DNA of 64,000 nt from Trichoplax adhaerens. Its lineage: Eukaryota; Animalia; Placozoa. Shown one piece after another: positions 13,205-25,155 of this stretch (positions are counted from its first letter, which is position 1; each line of letters starts with the position of its first letter). Below the pieces are notes generated by a model that was not told where the DNA came from, did no database searches, and worked only from the letters and a program-made list of their open reading frames with translations. Location: NCBI RefSeq assembly GCF_000150275.1, contig NW_002060959.1, positions 926,675 to 990,674 of the forward strand. Reading direction: 5' to 3'. A program made the position numbers and the translations under genes.

Positions 13205-14149
13205 TTATTCTAATTTTCCTTGGTCTCTTCTGATCTCCAATTCAGCATCACTACGTAGAAATAAGAACCAGATGTATGCAAATGGGATAGTTGCAGCATG
13301 CCATAATGAATGCGCATCGAAGGTCCACCAAAATGGTGGAAAATCGAACAATTCTAGCGCTGCTACTGCTGGGGTTCCAATAGCACATAAAAATCCTATC
13401 CATACATGGGGTCTAGATTTTGCCGTCTTTATAAACCAGGTACACCAACATAATGCTGTAAGAAAACCTACAGCAACATTGGCGCGCATGTTATAGCTGT
13501 AGCTAAATTGAATAAATGCCATGTAATAGATATGGCAACTATACAGCAACAGAACTATTCCACCATACAAACGAGCTAACCACTTATAGCCATAATTTGT
13601 CAAGATATAAAACATAAACAGGTAATGTCCAAAGGCAATGACAGCTCCAGCACTAAAGTAATCCATTCGTTCTGTCCAGAGTAAATCGCGTGTATGAAAA
13701 ATAGTAGACCAAAGCCAAGCATTGACAGAAACCATCGTATAAGTTCGCACAACATGATACATTCTATAATTACTATGTACACTCTCTCGATATGCTTTCC
13801 AACCGAAATAGTTGGCCATTGCATTACCGATGGAAAATACAACCGATGCTGGCTCTTGGATCCCAAGGAAACGGACGAAAGGCCATTTACCATGCCATTG
13901 TGGTATAGGCTGATTATATTCAATTAATTCATCTACAACTTGATGCATCGATAGATATTTACAATTATCTAAACAATCCCAGCCAAAGATAGAAATGCTC
14001 CAAGGTATTGTTGCTTCGCGGCAATTGGCAACACACTGACTTAGCAGACTTTGATACCGCTCAAGACGATCCCCAACTGATCCACAAGCTGAATGAAATA
14101 TGGCTATTACCAATAGGGCACAGTATAAGATGAGTTGATAACGTTCCAT
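13205..14149 (-). CDS. PGAP3: Post-GPI attachment to proteins factor 3 (Per1-like), single coding exon
   Basis: Uninterrupted 314-aa ORF with a signal peptide, WDCLDNCKY, QWHGKWPFVRFLGIQEPASVVFS, WSTIFHTRD, TERMDYFSA and ELFDFPP..DAHSLWHAATIP (Per1/CREST motifs), plus multiple TM segments. Confidence 0.96.
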   Translation of the reverse strand: MERYQLILYCALLVIAIFHSACGSVGDRLERYQSLLSQCVANCREATIPWSISIFGWDCLDNCKYLSMHQVVDELIEYNQPIPQWHGKWPFVRFLGIQEPASVVFSIGNAMANYFGWKAYRESVHSNYRMYHVVRTYTMVSVNAWLWSTIFHTRDLLWTERMDYFSAGAVIAFGHYLFMFYILTNYGYKWLARLYGGIVLLLYSCHIYYMAFIQFSYSYNMRANVAVGFLTALCWCTWFIKTAKSRPHVWIGFLCAIGTPAVAALELFDFPPFWWTFDAHSLWHAATIPFAYIWFLFLRSDAELEIRRDQGKLE

Positions 14150-16271
14150 GTTAACTCCAATATTTTAATGCTATCAAGTTCATCGGTTTAATTATCGTCC
14201 TCTCCAACGTTTAGATGTTATGATTACTGTAATCCTTAATCAATAGCTTGGATTAACTTGTAATGTTGATTGCAAAATCACTTACATAGAAATGTGATGG
14301 TTCTAATAACTCTAGAATAGTACCTTCAAGCCTAGTTTGGAGATGCCAATGATGTAGACGTGTTTATTCAACTTTTTCTCATGGCAGTTCTAATCTTCTA
14401 GGAGACGATTCTAAATCCGTTGGCTTTACTAACTTGAAATGTCAATCATCCGTTCGCTTTACCTTAATTATTTAGAGTCATTGATACCAACCTTGAAGCT
14501 TAACTACTCGTAAATCTATCTAGAATCGTCGATCTCAAGCATTCATTACGTTATATAGCCATAAAGCTTCTCGATTTTAAATTACAAGATAGAATAGCAA
14601 CCAACAGCTAAACAGTAAATCACTTGCTCTAACTGCCTACAAGCGTATGAAAACAGTGTAGTCAAGCTTTGCTTACGCAAGTGTATAGAGAGATTACCAA
14701 TGTGCAGTACTGTATGATACACTAGAGGGCGTATTTATCTACACGGAGTATACTTTCAGTACAGTCATGGCAAATCATCGCTGTGCAAAGTTAGTTGTCA
14801 CCCCCAAACTGTACATTGATATCAAATTAAGATATTTCACTATGGACTTCAATCCATAAATAGAAATATGATAGGTCATACGACATGATGCAATCAAGAC
14901 AATAAACAAGGAGTGACGATAATTATGCACACTGTCCTTACACTAGCTTTCGAAAGGTGAAGACTTTCCCAATTTTGTTTCAAATCAGAACGTTTTTTAT
15001 AATACGATAACAAATCGAGGATAAATGACTTTTAAGTGTATAGTTCAAGTCCCATTCATAGATTATCAGCATAGTAGCATATACTTAGGCCAAATATCGA
15101 TGATAAAATGCCTTATTATTCAGGCAATTTATTTTATGCAAAAATTCTAATGGATAGTACAGTATATTAACAAACTTTGTAGCCCCAAATCTCAATTTAT
15201 TCAGTCATTCCGTACTTTTAAAAGTCTATAATAATAATACGTGCATAGCTGAAAGGATAATCATGAAAGTTCTCGTATCGTTAATAATAATTATGATTCA
15301 GCAATATCTAATTCAAGGGTTATGCTCAATTAAATTATTAATTATATATATAGAATCCTACTAATGAATGATATTACACTACGGGTTATAGAAGTAAGCA
15401 TATATGCATTAATGCGTTCGTAAAAATAGTTATTGAAGTATTAAAATAATTCCTGTGATATTGATTGGTGTATCCGCAGTTCAATGTTATAGCTAAATAT
15501 TAGTATGTCGATTCTGTTTATTATTATTCATTTTTTTAAAGTGTCATAACGATGAATCGTTCAAGTTTGTATTATAAAATCAATTACAGCTTCTCAGTTA
15601 AGTAGATGTAAATATGATCTATATGAATTAATCACATCAACTAAAATTTTCATAGGCTGTCGGAATAGAAAATTATATCGCCAGTCACATTAGCGCAATG
15701 ACGAATGCATAAATATTCCATTTAAAGATTTTAAGTCATTTCTCATTTTAAGATATCTAAAAAAATAGGCTAGATAGATTGGCTTTTCTAACCACATGTA
15801 TCTAAAATAATCGAGTCTTTATATTATAATTAGAACTATCAGTATTTTATGAGGATATTTCATACTAGGTTGCTTGAAGATAGAAGGTAAAATTACTTGT
15901 ACCACGTCACAATACGAACATATACGAATGAGACTGGAAAGCTAAAATCTTCATCGCATGATCAATAAATATAAAATCTATCACAACTATCTAGTTCTAT
16001 TACATCTATAAATAGGCATCTCGTCTTCAATCTAGCTAATGAGACCGTTGGTATGGCAAGATAACTATTTTCAACGTTGCAAAAATATTTTCATGCTATT
16101 ATCATAGCTGTGATATATCAAAAACATAACATTTAATGAAGTTGGGACGTTATAAAATCAATTTTCATTACAGTATCAACGATTGAATAAACGTTGACAT
16201 CCATGGTTGGCCAATTAATTAGCATTTATGTTCAGTCTTTATTTTAACAAGGTAACGATATACTTTCGTTT

Positions 16272-18159
16272 TTAAGCCTTTTGAGCTAAAGTCTCAATAC
16301 GATCGGGTACTTTCCCCAATAATGCTGTTTTCTTAACCGTAAAAGCTTCAGGATCATATAAACAATCAGACATACTATCGCGTCGAACAGGTTGAGCTAA
16401 TTCATTTGTCCTCCTGGTACATACAGCTCTTAATGAACGCGAAAGAGGCTTCCATGGTTCAACTTTTTGTATTTGAAATCCTTCCGGCAATATTTTTGGT
16501 CGCGCTAGTTCTCGAATACGTGATGATGGATTCGCATGCTTTGTTGCCTTGCTGATTTCCCAAACTGGATCTCTACAGTTATCTTGACGATGGGTTTTAG
16601 GTTGAGATAATTGATCAACACTTAAAGGGATATTGCCAAAAAGGGCTGCCCTCGATACTTCTGTAATATTAGTTCTATCGGGCTCAAACCGTCGATTTAA
16701 AGTACTTGGTGTACTAAGTCTTATCAATTTCTCTTCTGTTAATGGCGACCTTGCACCCTCTCTCGTAAATGGTTGATACTTTCTAAATGTCAAAGAGGCA
16801 ATAACAATGAATAATGAGCAAAAATATTTATTTTATTTTATGAATTCCTAACCACTACCGTACTTAATCATTGTGATAATAGACCTGGCAATACATTTTA
16901 GCGTTGCAGTTAATTAGAATTATAAAATATTAGTCGATCTCATCAACGATTAGAACTTGGATTGAACTAAATAAATCACGTAAAAGAGAGCCATAATAGT
17001 AAAAAACTATTTATATTTCCAGTTATAAATGTTCTGTAAGTAATTAATTACTAATGCTAGCATCTAATGCAAAAAATTATCCATGCAAAGAATCTTTGCA
17101 TTGAAATTGTAATTAATTTAGGAAACAGCTAGCCTTTCTTAAAACTCTGATGTACTCGTATACCGTACTTTACGGTTATTTTTACCCTCAATTTACCAAT
17201 CAACGGAGATGTTATAAAAACGCTGTTACTAGCTTTTATTTCGAGCTACAATAAAATGGCACTATTATCTGAAAATTTTCACGAGATTGTGATTGAAAAG
17301 TATCATGATCTTCAAGGCTGGCATCGACTAAAATTAACTTTAGAATCTAGCTATTCCAGAGAAACTCGTTCGATATGTAACCTGATCGATGTGTGCAGTA
17401 CTACGCTTAAAATTAGGATAGGATACGTTAACTCCCTATTTAATAAAAATCGCATTTCTATGGCCCTTCTTTACAAAAGCAATCAAAATTACCGATTTAC
17501 TTACTTATCAGCACCTTCAAGTACAAGTGGTTTCTTCGGTTCTGCAAGTTGTATAATCCGTGGAGTTGGGTCTTTGTAACGGAGATTCGATCTAAATGAG
17601 TTAATTAAGTCGAAATTTTGATTTTAAATCTGCAGCATCTGCTTTTACTAATGCTATGATCAATTCGCCTCAAATTATTTTTGTCCATATCTTATCAAAC
17701 GTTAGAACAATAATTGTGATATTGGTATTAGTCACTATATAGTATTAAACAAGGCAAGTGGATATGCTTAGGTAACGACTTACGTAGCAGGTGCAGATTT
17801 TGAACGCTCCATGCTCATTAATAAGTGAGTCGCTTCGTCAACGTAGATAGGTTTTGGCTCTGATAATGCTAGAATTCGCTGACTTGGCTTAGCTCGTAGG
17901 GCGGCCGTACTAATGGGTACTAATGGTTCTTGGTTACCCCATGTAACTGGTCTCCTGTATTCCGGAATAAAAAGTAGAATTTAGAATCATGTCTAGGTAG
18001 ATGCAAAGCGTTCAATTTTTTATGATAATATTCAAAGAATTCCATTGAGTAGTAAATATTAATATTAAAACGGCATTATTATCAGATAATTCTATAATCT
18101 TGCTAGAATACTAATTTAAATATAGTTGATATAGATAAATCAACTTACCAGGTATCCAT
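16272..18159 (-). CDS. THEG (testicular haploid expressed gene / SPMAP2)-repeat protein, 4 coding exons
   Basis: Spliced product MDTW|RPVTWGNQEPLVPISTAALRAKPSQRILALSEPK...|PTPRIIQLAEPKK...|...PVWEISKATKHANPSSRIRELARPK...RTNELAQP...DRIETLAQKA*. The repeated R-I-x-x-L-A-x-P-K units are characteristic of THEG repeats. Probable non-coding 5' exons lie at ~18700-18900 and ~19020-19240. Confidence 0.75.
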
Positions 18160-19247
18160 TTCGAGATTTCAACCTTTTAATAATCTAAATTGTGTATAAG
18201 TAGACAGGCATGAACAATCTTACAAATATTCATCACCTTAACATATCCATCAAAACGATACATTTAAATGATTGCTACATTTCGCTTTCTTAGTAATTGT
18301 TTATTTTAATCTAAATCACGTCACGTATATCGTGTAAATTAAAGACTAAAGAATTAGTTTTAATGCAAAGGTATTACTGCTGATATTATGCCAGGAATGG
18401 TAGCGTGTTATAAAATGAATTTTAGCCTTTTTAATAACATTCTAAGCGTAAAGATAGACATATTATCAATCTTAATAGTTACACAAATCAATTTTTATGG
18501 CAGAGCTTTTGCATCAATGATTTCTCTAAACTGGTTACTATTGACGCAGGTAAGTATGCAATTAAATCTCTATCGAAAATTACGAATATGATCACCTAAA
18601 ATGCACTGTACTTTCTCTATAAGACGTATCATATCTAATCTCTATAAGCAATGAAATAGCAGTATAATTATGCTAAATAGTTAAGAAAATCAAACTTACT
18701 TGCTACTTAAAACGAACAATCGTGATTTAAAGTCTCCTCGATTCAAGTTGATCGACGATATCAGTCACTCTAATTCCACGAGATGATTTCTTAGTCCTTT
18801 ATGTTGTGATTACAATTCTTAAAAAACTGACATATTAAAGGTTTTTAATTAATCAGACATAACTCGTGATGCTTTGAGAGGTAACGGAGAAAAACCGACC
18901 TAGACCAAAGAAATAAAAATTTGAAATATAGATTATAATAGGGTGCTACCAAATAATTCGTACTGATTGCCTAATGGGCTGATTTCTATTTAGAAGTAAA
19001 TCCTTTTTAACAGACTTACCAGAAGATAAGATTTCAAGATGATATCTTCAATTAAAATTAATTATTATAGCGCTGTTAATAATTATGTACGGCAAATTGC
19101 ACGATTACTGGGAGAATAATAATTGTGGTAAAGTCACTTTCCAAGCCAAATGTATTTATCAAATCCTGTTTGGAAATGATAAACTGCAATTTGAGCAGGC
19201 CAAGAGCCAAGATGATCGATGCTTAATGTATCTCAGTAAGTGACTGC

Positions 19248-19261
19248 GTTACCATGGAGAC
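19248..19261. promoter_or_regulatory. RFX X-box upstream of the THEG-like gene
   Basis: GTTACCATGGAGAC fits the X-box consensus RTHNYYWTRRNRAC and lies just upstream of the predicted 5' UTR exons. Confidence 0.65.
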
Positions 19262-20354
19262 GTAAAGGACGCTTGATATCAGCTACATACAGAATAAATA
19301 AATTGTAATAATATTCTCTAGTTATTCAGAACCAAACACAATCTATTGATTATTAATTTGCTTTGTCGATCAAATAGAATTAGCTATAATAGTTTTAATC
19401 ATGTGACATAGATACTTTTAGTTGGTTTGGGCTAGGATATATTCTAATTATTTACGGAGAAAACACTTTAACATTGTATCCAAGTATTTAATGAAAGTTT
19501 TATGTTCCTGATCCCAAAATTGTGAAGTTTTATTAGGTGTCTTGCTTTATAGATCAGTCAGAGGTATCACATGATTACAAAGAAATGCGAAAATTTGTTG
19601 ATTAATCGTCAATTTGTGGTTTATCAATACAATAAGCCTGAAACTATGAGATTTTTTATAGTAATAATATATGAAATGAATTGAATTTTAACGCACGAAT
19701 CAGAATTAATAAGTATATCATAGTATTAGACTGACGTCAATTTATGAGTGAAATCCACATTCTAATCTATCGAATTAACTGTATCTATTGAGTTGATCGA
19801 TGTGCATATCGCGAAATTCAAATCAACTAAGATACCAATGATTTTATCTGCACTTACTTATACCTAAATTTCATAATATACTTTAAATTAAAATAGAAGC
19901 AATATTATTCTCCAATTAGCATTTTATGGTGATTGTATCAAGCATACTTGAAAAGTAAAGATAAGATCATTAGCTAAATAAATGAGCTAATAATAAAATT
20001 AGGAAAGAAACACATGTCAAATTATAAAAAGGATTTCTGAGCTTAACTAGTACGCTTCCATTGATTTTAATAGCTATTATAATTATTGAAATGGTTATTC
20101 AGGTTGGCCGACTACGTAATTCATCTACACATGCAAACACTACTTGCATAATCAAATTAGTTTGATGCAAAATAAAGCTTCAATACTTGTTCTAGTATAT
20201 ACTGTACACTAATAGTGTAGCACAGACTCCTGATAATATACAATACGATAAAAATGTCATGCAGCTAATCATATTATCACTGATACTAGCTACTATATAC
20301 CAACATTGCAATTGCATGTTGAAATGAAATAAATTTGTTCGGTACCAACTTGGC

Positions 20355-20655
20355 ACTAGAAATCTTCTATAGCGTCTTGTAAAGGACCTCTACCGATACA
20401 CGCCACCTAGATTGCTTACATTATTTAAAGTAATTTTTATTCGTTAATACTAGTATAAAATCATCTATCTATAACTAATTGTTTTGAATTTTTTATGGAA
20501 TTAAGTCGTATCCGCACCATACTAGAGATCCTCTATAGCGCCTCTACAAAGACATGATGTAATATATTTGCAATATATTTAAAATAATTTCTATTCGTTA
20601 ATACATGTCTAAGATGATACGCCTGTAACTAATTGTTCTTAATTATTTTATTGAA
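20355..20655. repeat. Diverged two-copy ~165 bp tandem duplication (intergenic)
   Basis: ACTAGAAATCTTCTATAGCG...TATTCGTTAATAC...TAACTAATTGTT is repeated as ACTAGAGATCCTCTATAGCG...TATTCGTTAATAC...TAACTAATTGTT. Confidence 0.7.
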
Positions 20656-22821
20656 TTCTACCATAAAATATCTGCTTCAGATCTAATTAAGAGTATTAAT
20701 ACGGTTTAAGATATAATAACCATGCTGGATAACTTATTCATAATATAAAATTCATAGAAGATAATAGCTTAAATTCTTTTCTGATATAACACCTATGGTA
20801 TCTTATAAATTAATTTATGCATTCAGTCATCGTAGTAGCTAAAGTTACTAAAGAATATCAATCTACCCTTACTCTTACTGAATACTGCATACAAAATGCT
20901 TCATGGGGTAAGTAGGAATTAATTATTTTCAATGAATAGCAAATTGTAGTTAGTCAATTTTGATAAACCTATAAGTGGCCAACTGGATTCATTATAAGAC
21001 ATTACTAGAAGAGCTTTCTGGTTTCTTAGTTTACCATTATTTCATATTTTGTACTAATCACATAATGTTAATGAAATTAGACATAATTAGCAATAACATG
21101 AAGCAATCATGATATGAAACTGTCTGCACCTAAACCTAAATTTAAGATTTCGTAAGATAGATACCGTAGTTTGTTTGTTAAATTTATATCGTACATTTAC
21201 TGATTATGTACGCATGCTAACGGTTTCAATTAAACAGTAATAAAATCGTTGAATGCATCAACGTTTACTGCTATAGTACGTTGACATTTTAGTAGCTAAA
21301 TTTGTTTGAAAGATAAATTTTTTCGATTACTTTTACCTAATATAGTAACCTTACAAATCCAAATATTCTTGATAGACTATCTATGAATATATTAGCAAAT
21401 TCTATAAAATACACTATATGGATGAACTTAGTTTATGCCTACAATAATAATCTACTGACGTGAGTGATTTATTCGAAATCAGTAACTAAACAACAAATTT
21501 AATAGTAACTTGTTGGAAATGTTAGAATAGATTTTATTCTCTCGCTCAGGATCTTAGTTACGTCGATATCAATCTGTTTCAACGTTGAACAAGAAATCAA
21601 AGTAGATACTTTGACTTTATCTTAAAATCAAAGCATTTTTGTAGAATATTAGTATTAACTATCAATTTTATTTTTAAACGTTTCAGTGCTATTAAAGTTC
21701 AGTTCTGCATGGATAGTACGAACTTTTTGATCTATTGATTAACATTACCTCTTTTAAAACTATGAACGTTAATTGATGACAGTACAAACATCTCGATAGA
21801 TATGTATAACCTCTCTACATAAGTTTTGGAGTGATATATTACTAGAACGAAGTTTACGAGATGTAATATCAAATTATTCGAATTTATTTATTCAACTAAG
21901 ACCTAGTTTAAGGATGTTAGTACTAAATCTTTGCTTTCTGCCGCAAAAGTAATTTCATTTCTTATATATCTTGTTACAGTTAAAATTTTTCACACATTAG
22001 GCATCCATAAAAATGAAACTAGATTAGTACGAAGCTCATAATTCCTCTTAAATAATTGCAAAGGAAATACGAGTCTCTCACGTATTTAATCTACGCTCTG
22101 AGTTTTGATATCTATCAAGCATAGCAGTTTTAATTACTAGTTTTTCTTAATATTTATCGTTTACGTGATCACATGTTTATTAAAGATGAAAGACGTCGAA
22201 TCATACTCATATAATTACTCATTAGTTACAATTAATAGTAATAAATATAATTATTATGCTACTACTGGCATATTTTTAGTTCATATCAATTTTTGCAAGC
22301 AGGTCGCGCTTATATCGTTAACGAAGAATAGCAAAATGCAATTATAGAACAATAGACTTGCGAACAAACTATGATAGCTATGTTGAATACTACGTGTATC
22401 ACACTATAGAAAATGATGTTACAATAAAGTTGCATCTGGTTAATGCAGCTAATTTGGTTTACAGTTAGTCACGAAATTTCCACAAGCATGATACGAATTT
22501 GTGATTCCAAAATCCTAAACCAGATGACGACTACCGTACTGCTGATCAGATCATAACCGTATAAAATTATAATACAGAGGTTGACTATATCTTCAACACC
22601 AAACTGCGAAACTAATGCCAATAATGTAAATCAGATATGATTCAATCTACATGTTAGTGGTGTATACATACATGAAAAAAATCGAAATCACTATCATCAT
22701 GTCTATTAAGATGGAAGTATCAGTCTGTAAAAAAAGGAATGCTATTTATGAAGAGGGTATCATTAAAATTACTTTTCAGGTTTCCTTATTTTATAGCTAA
22801 ATAAAATGTATAATAACAAAA

Positions 22822-24219
22822 TCACTGGTATAGTAATTCTAATACTGTATTCTTAATGGTGTTGAATTCATCCACAGTGGCTTGCAATAGTGATGTTTGT
22901 ACTATCTTGACAACATGATCTTTCATGCAAGATTCATTAGGCAAGATACTATTGATAGTGTCCTTGTCCAAGCTGCCTCCCGTTAGATCTTGTTTATTTA
23001 GTAACAGAACAAATTTCGTTTTTTCTAATTTTAAGCCATCGTTGTCAAATAATTTTTGTAATTCTAGGCGAACAGCTGGAAAGTTTGATGAATCTGAAGC
23101 ATCAATTACAAATACCAGAACACCAGTGCCAGGTAAATATGTATACCAGTATTTTGACATACTCCCACCGACTAAAATAGAAAATATAAAGAGATATATC
23201 GATGCTTAAGATCAGAAATTTATAATCTTTTGTTCTAGTAAGAATCTACTTTAAGTCCATTTATTAATTATAATTATCGTTATAAACGATAGTATGATGA
23301 AGTTAAAATCAATTATAGAAAGTATCAATTGGGGCGCGTAGGTTAATATCATGATTTAAGTCAGTGCACATGTAAATAATTAATTCACCTAATGGAGCAG
23401 TATTTTTTTGTTTTTATTGTCATAGGAGAAGTGTAATAGAATATCATTTACTAACGGTTACATACGAATTTGAAGTAAGTAGTTTGAATTAATAATCCGA
23501 TTCTAAAGAAACGTGATATGCATTGTGATCCAATAGTAAATAGATTACCATCTTCATTCTATTTTAAAAAAATTCTCCCTTTGTTGATACGGATCTGCGT
23601 GTTAAGTGTATTAATATTAATCGTGATGACATATAAAGGAAGGAATCTACTAGATTGAATGCCTAGTACTGTCTGGATTAAATCGATGTCTGAAAACAGT
23701 TCCACATTCTTTAGCAATAATATTTTATCTAATACTATTAGTGATAAGCGTATGGCTTAATGCATTCTTTCATTAATAGATAGAAGTCTTAATTTCATAA
23801 AAAAATTAATGCAATCGTATATATATTTAGTCAACGTGATATGGTTACCACGTAACTTACGTACTTTCCCAAATTTCGACAGTTTTACCATCCATGGACA
23901 TATTTTTAATGTTGAAACCATTGGTTGGTTCATATTCGGTTTTTGCTTCATCATAAATGAATCTAGCAACCATGCTACTCTTACCACTAGCCGGTAAACC
24001 TAGCGCTAAAACTTTGTTGGAATTCCCTTTGCGGTATTCATCAAACTCCGCGGTAGCTTCCTCAATTTCCTCAGTTTCTTTCAATTCTTCTTCATGACTT
24101 GTTGTTGGCCGCTGATACCATTTATAAAGTACATAAGCTAAAGTAGCGCCACCAACGGCACATAAAGCCATTTTTTCCCCTTTACTAAGTGATTGAAATC
24201 GTTCCATTATTGCCGACAT
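22822..24219 (-). CDS. ARL9/ARL10-like small GTPase with N-terminal transmembrane segment, 2 exons (24219-23865, 23171-22822)
   Basis: TM segment ALCAVGGATLAYVLYKWY, acidic linker, P-loop GLPASGKS, PTNGFN, WEIGGS across the splice (ARL9/10-type replacement of WDxGGQ), VLVFVIDASD and NKQD. Confidence 0.85.
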
Positions 24220-24318
24220 GATTCAACTTACTGCGATTTTAGCCTGTTTGATAGTGAGCTTTGGACAACAGCTCACTCTGATTAATTACCTCTCTTTCTT
24301 AACGGAGGACGGTTGGTT

Positions 24319-24332
24319 GTCGTTATGGCGAC
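24319..24332. promoter_or_regulatory. Candidate RFX X-box 100 bp upstream of the ARL9/10-like ATG
   Basis: The minus strand reads GTCGCCATAACGAC, which fits RTHNYYWTRRNRAC. Confidence 0.45.
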
Positions 24333-24939
24333 CAGGCGATCGTCCATCGGACGCACCCATTTTGAGTGGAGAGTGGATGCTACTAGTACCATTAATTGCT
24401 GGTATGTACTACCGTAAGTAGCATAAGTACCATGGTAGATCACTAATGGTATAGTCGGTGCCACTGTCGCATTTCTGCAGTACGCTGTCAGAAACGTAGA
24501 GGTAGAGTAGGAAAAAGATTGTTTTTGCCTTGATATACTCTCTTCCATACGGTGGGCCAAAATTATGGGCCACCGTTGTTCCAAGATCTTAGTTCATTTC
24601 TTTTAAACTTGGCAAATTTACTTAGACAAGTATAATATAGGGATAGAGCCGTTTCAGCGGCATTTTGGGATATGTCATCGGGTAATGATTCAGTATGACA
24701 TCTTATACACTGCAGATACAGCAGCCCATTTGAAAATAAATCTGACGTAGTGTACACTAGAGACCCTTCGAGAGAGACATGACAATCTACTGTTAAAATA
24801 CAGCCATGGACTACCAGAAAAAGACCTACATCGAGCCATGGACCGCTAACAGAAAACTTTTTTACTTTTACTTACCGTCATCTAGGCTTCAACATTTCTT
24901 GCCCCGATCCATCCTTCCAGTAGTCCACGACTGCTACCA

Positions 24940-25065
24940 TTCTACAGTACTGTATGACTGTACAGTACAGTGTACAGTGTACAGTACAGTACAGTCAATT
25001 TTTGCTTCTTCTACTGTACTGGTACAGTACTGTAGAATACTGTACCGTACTGTACCAGTACTGTC
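24940..25065. repeat. TACAG/CTGTA low-complexity cluster in the ARL-CAMLG divergent promoter
   Basis: TACAGTACAGTGTACAGTGTACAGTACAGTACAG is followed by the reverse-oriented TACTGTAC...TACTGTACCGTACTGTACCAGTACTGT. Confidence 0.85.
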
Positions 25066-25155
25066 GTGATTACCTGACCTCCTGCTAATCACTGCTAAAG
25101 CTAAAAGCTCCTCCATGGTAAACTTCATTTGAAATCAATAGAAGTCGACAAAAGA

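Noticed and set aside
13272-13927. ORFs overlapping PGAP3 (13272-13496 +, 13694-13927 +, 13600-13923 -)
   Set aside because: Antisense or alternate-frame shadows of a real coding exon, with no recognisable motifs.
19300-22800. Possible hidden gene in the 3.5-kb AT-rich interval (donor-like GTAAGT near 20909, acceptor near 21549)
   Set aside because: Joining these sites gives only a 16-aa peptide and no consistent exon chain. A lncRNA cannot be excluded without RNA data.
24806-25128. ORFs rich in T/V/Q/Y/C/S (also 28715-28942 and 62783-63044)
   Set aside because: They are translations of TACAG low-complexity promoter DNA.
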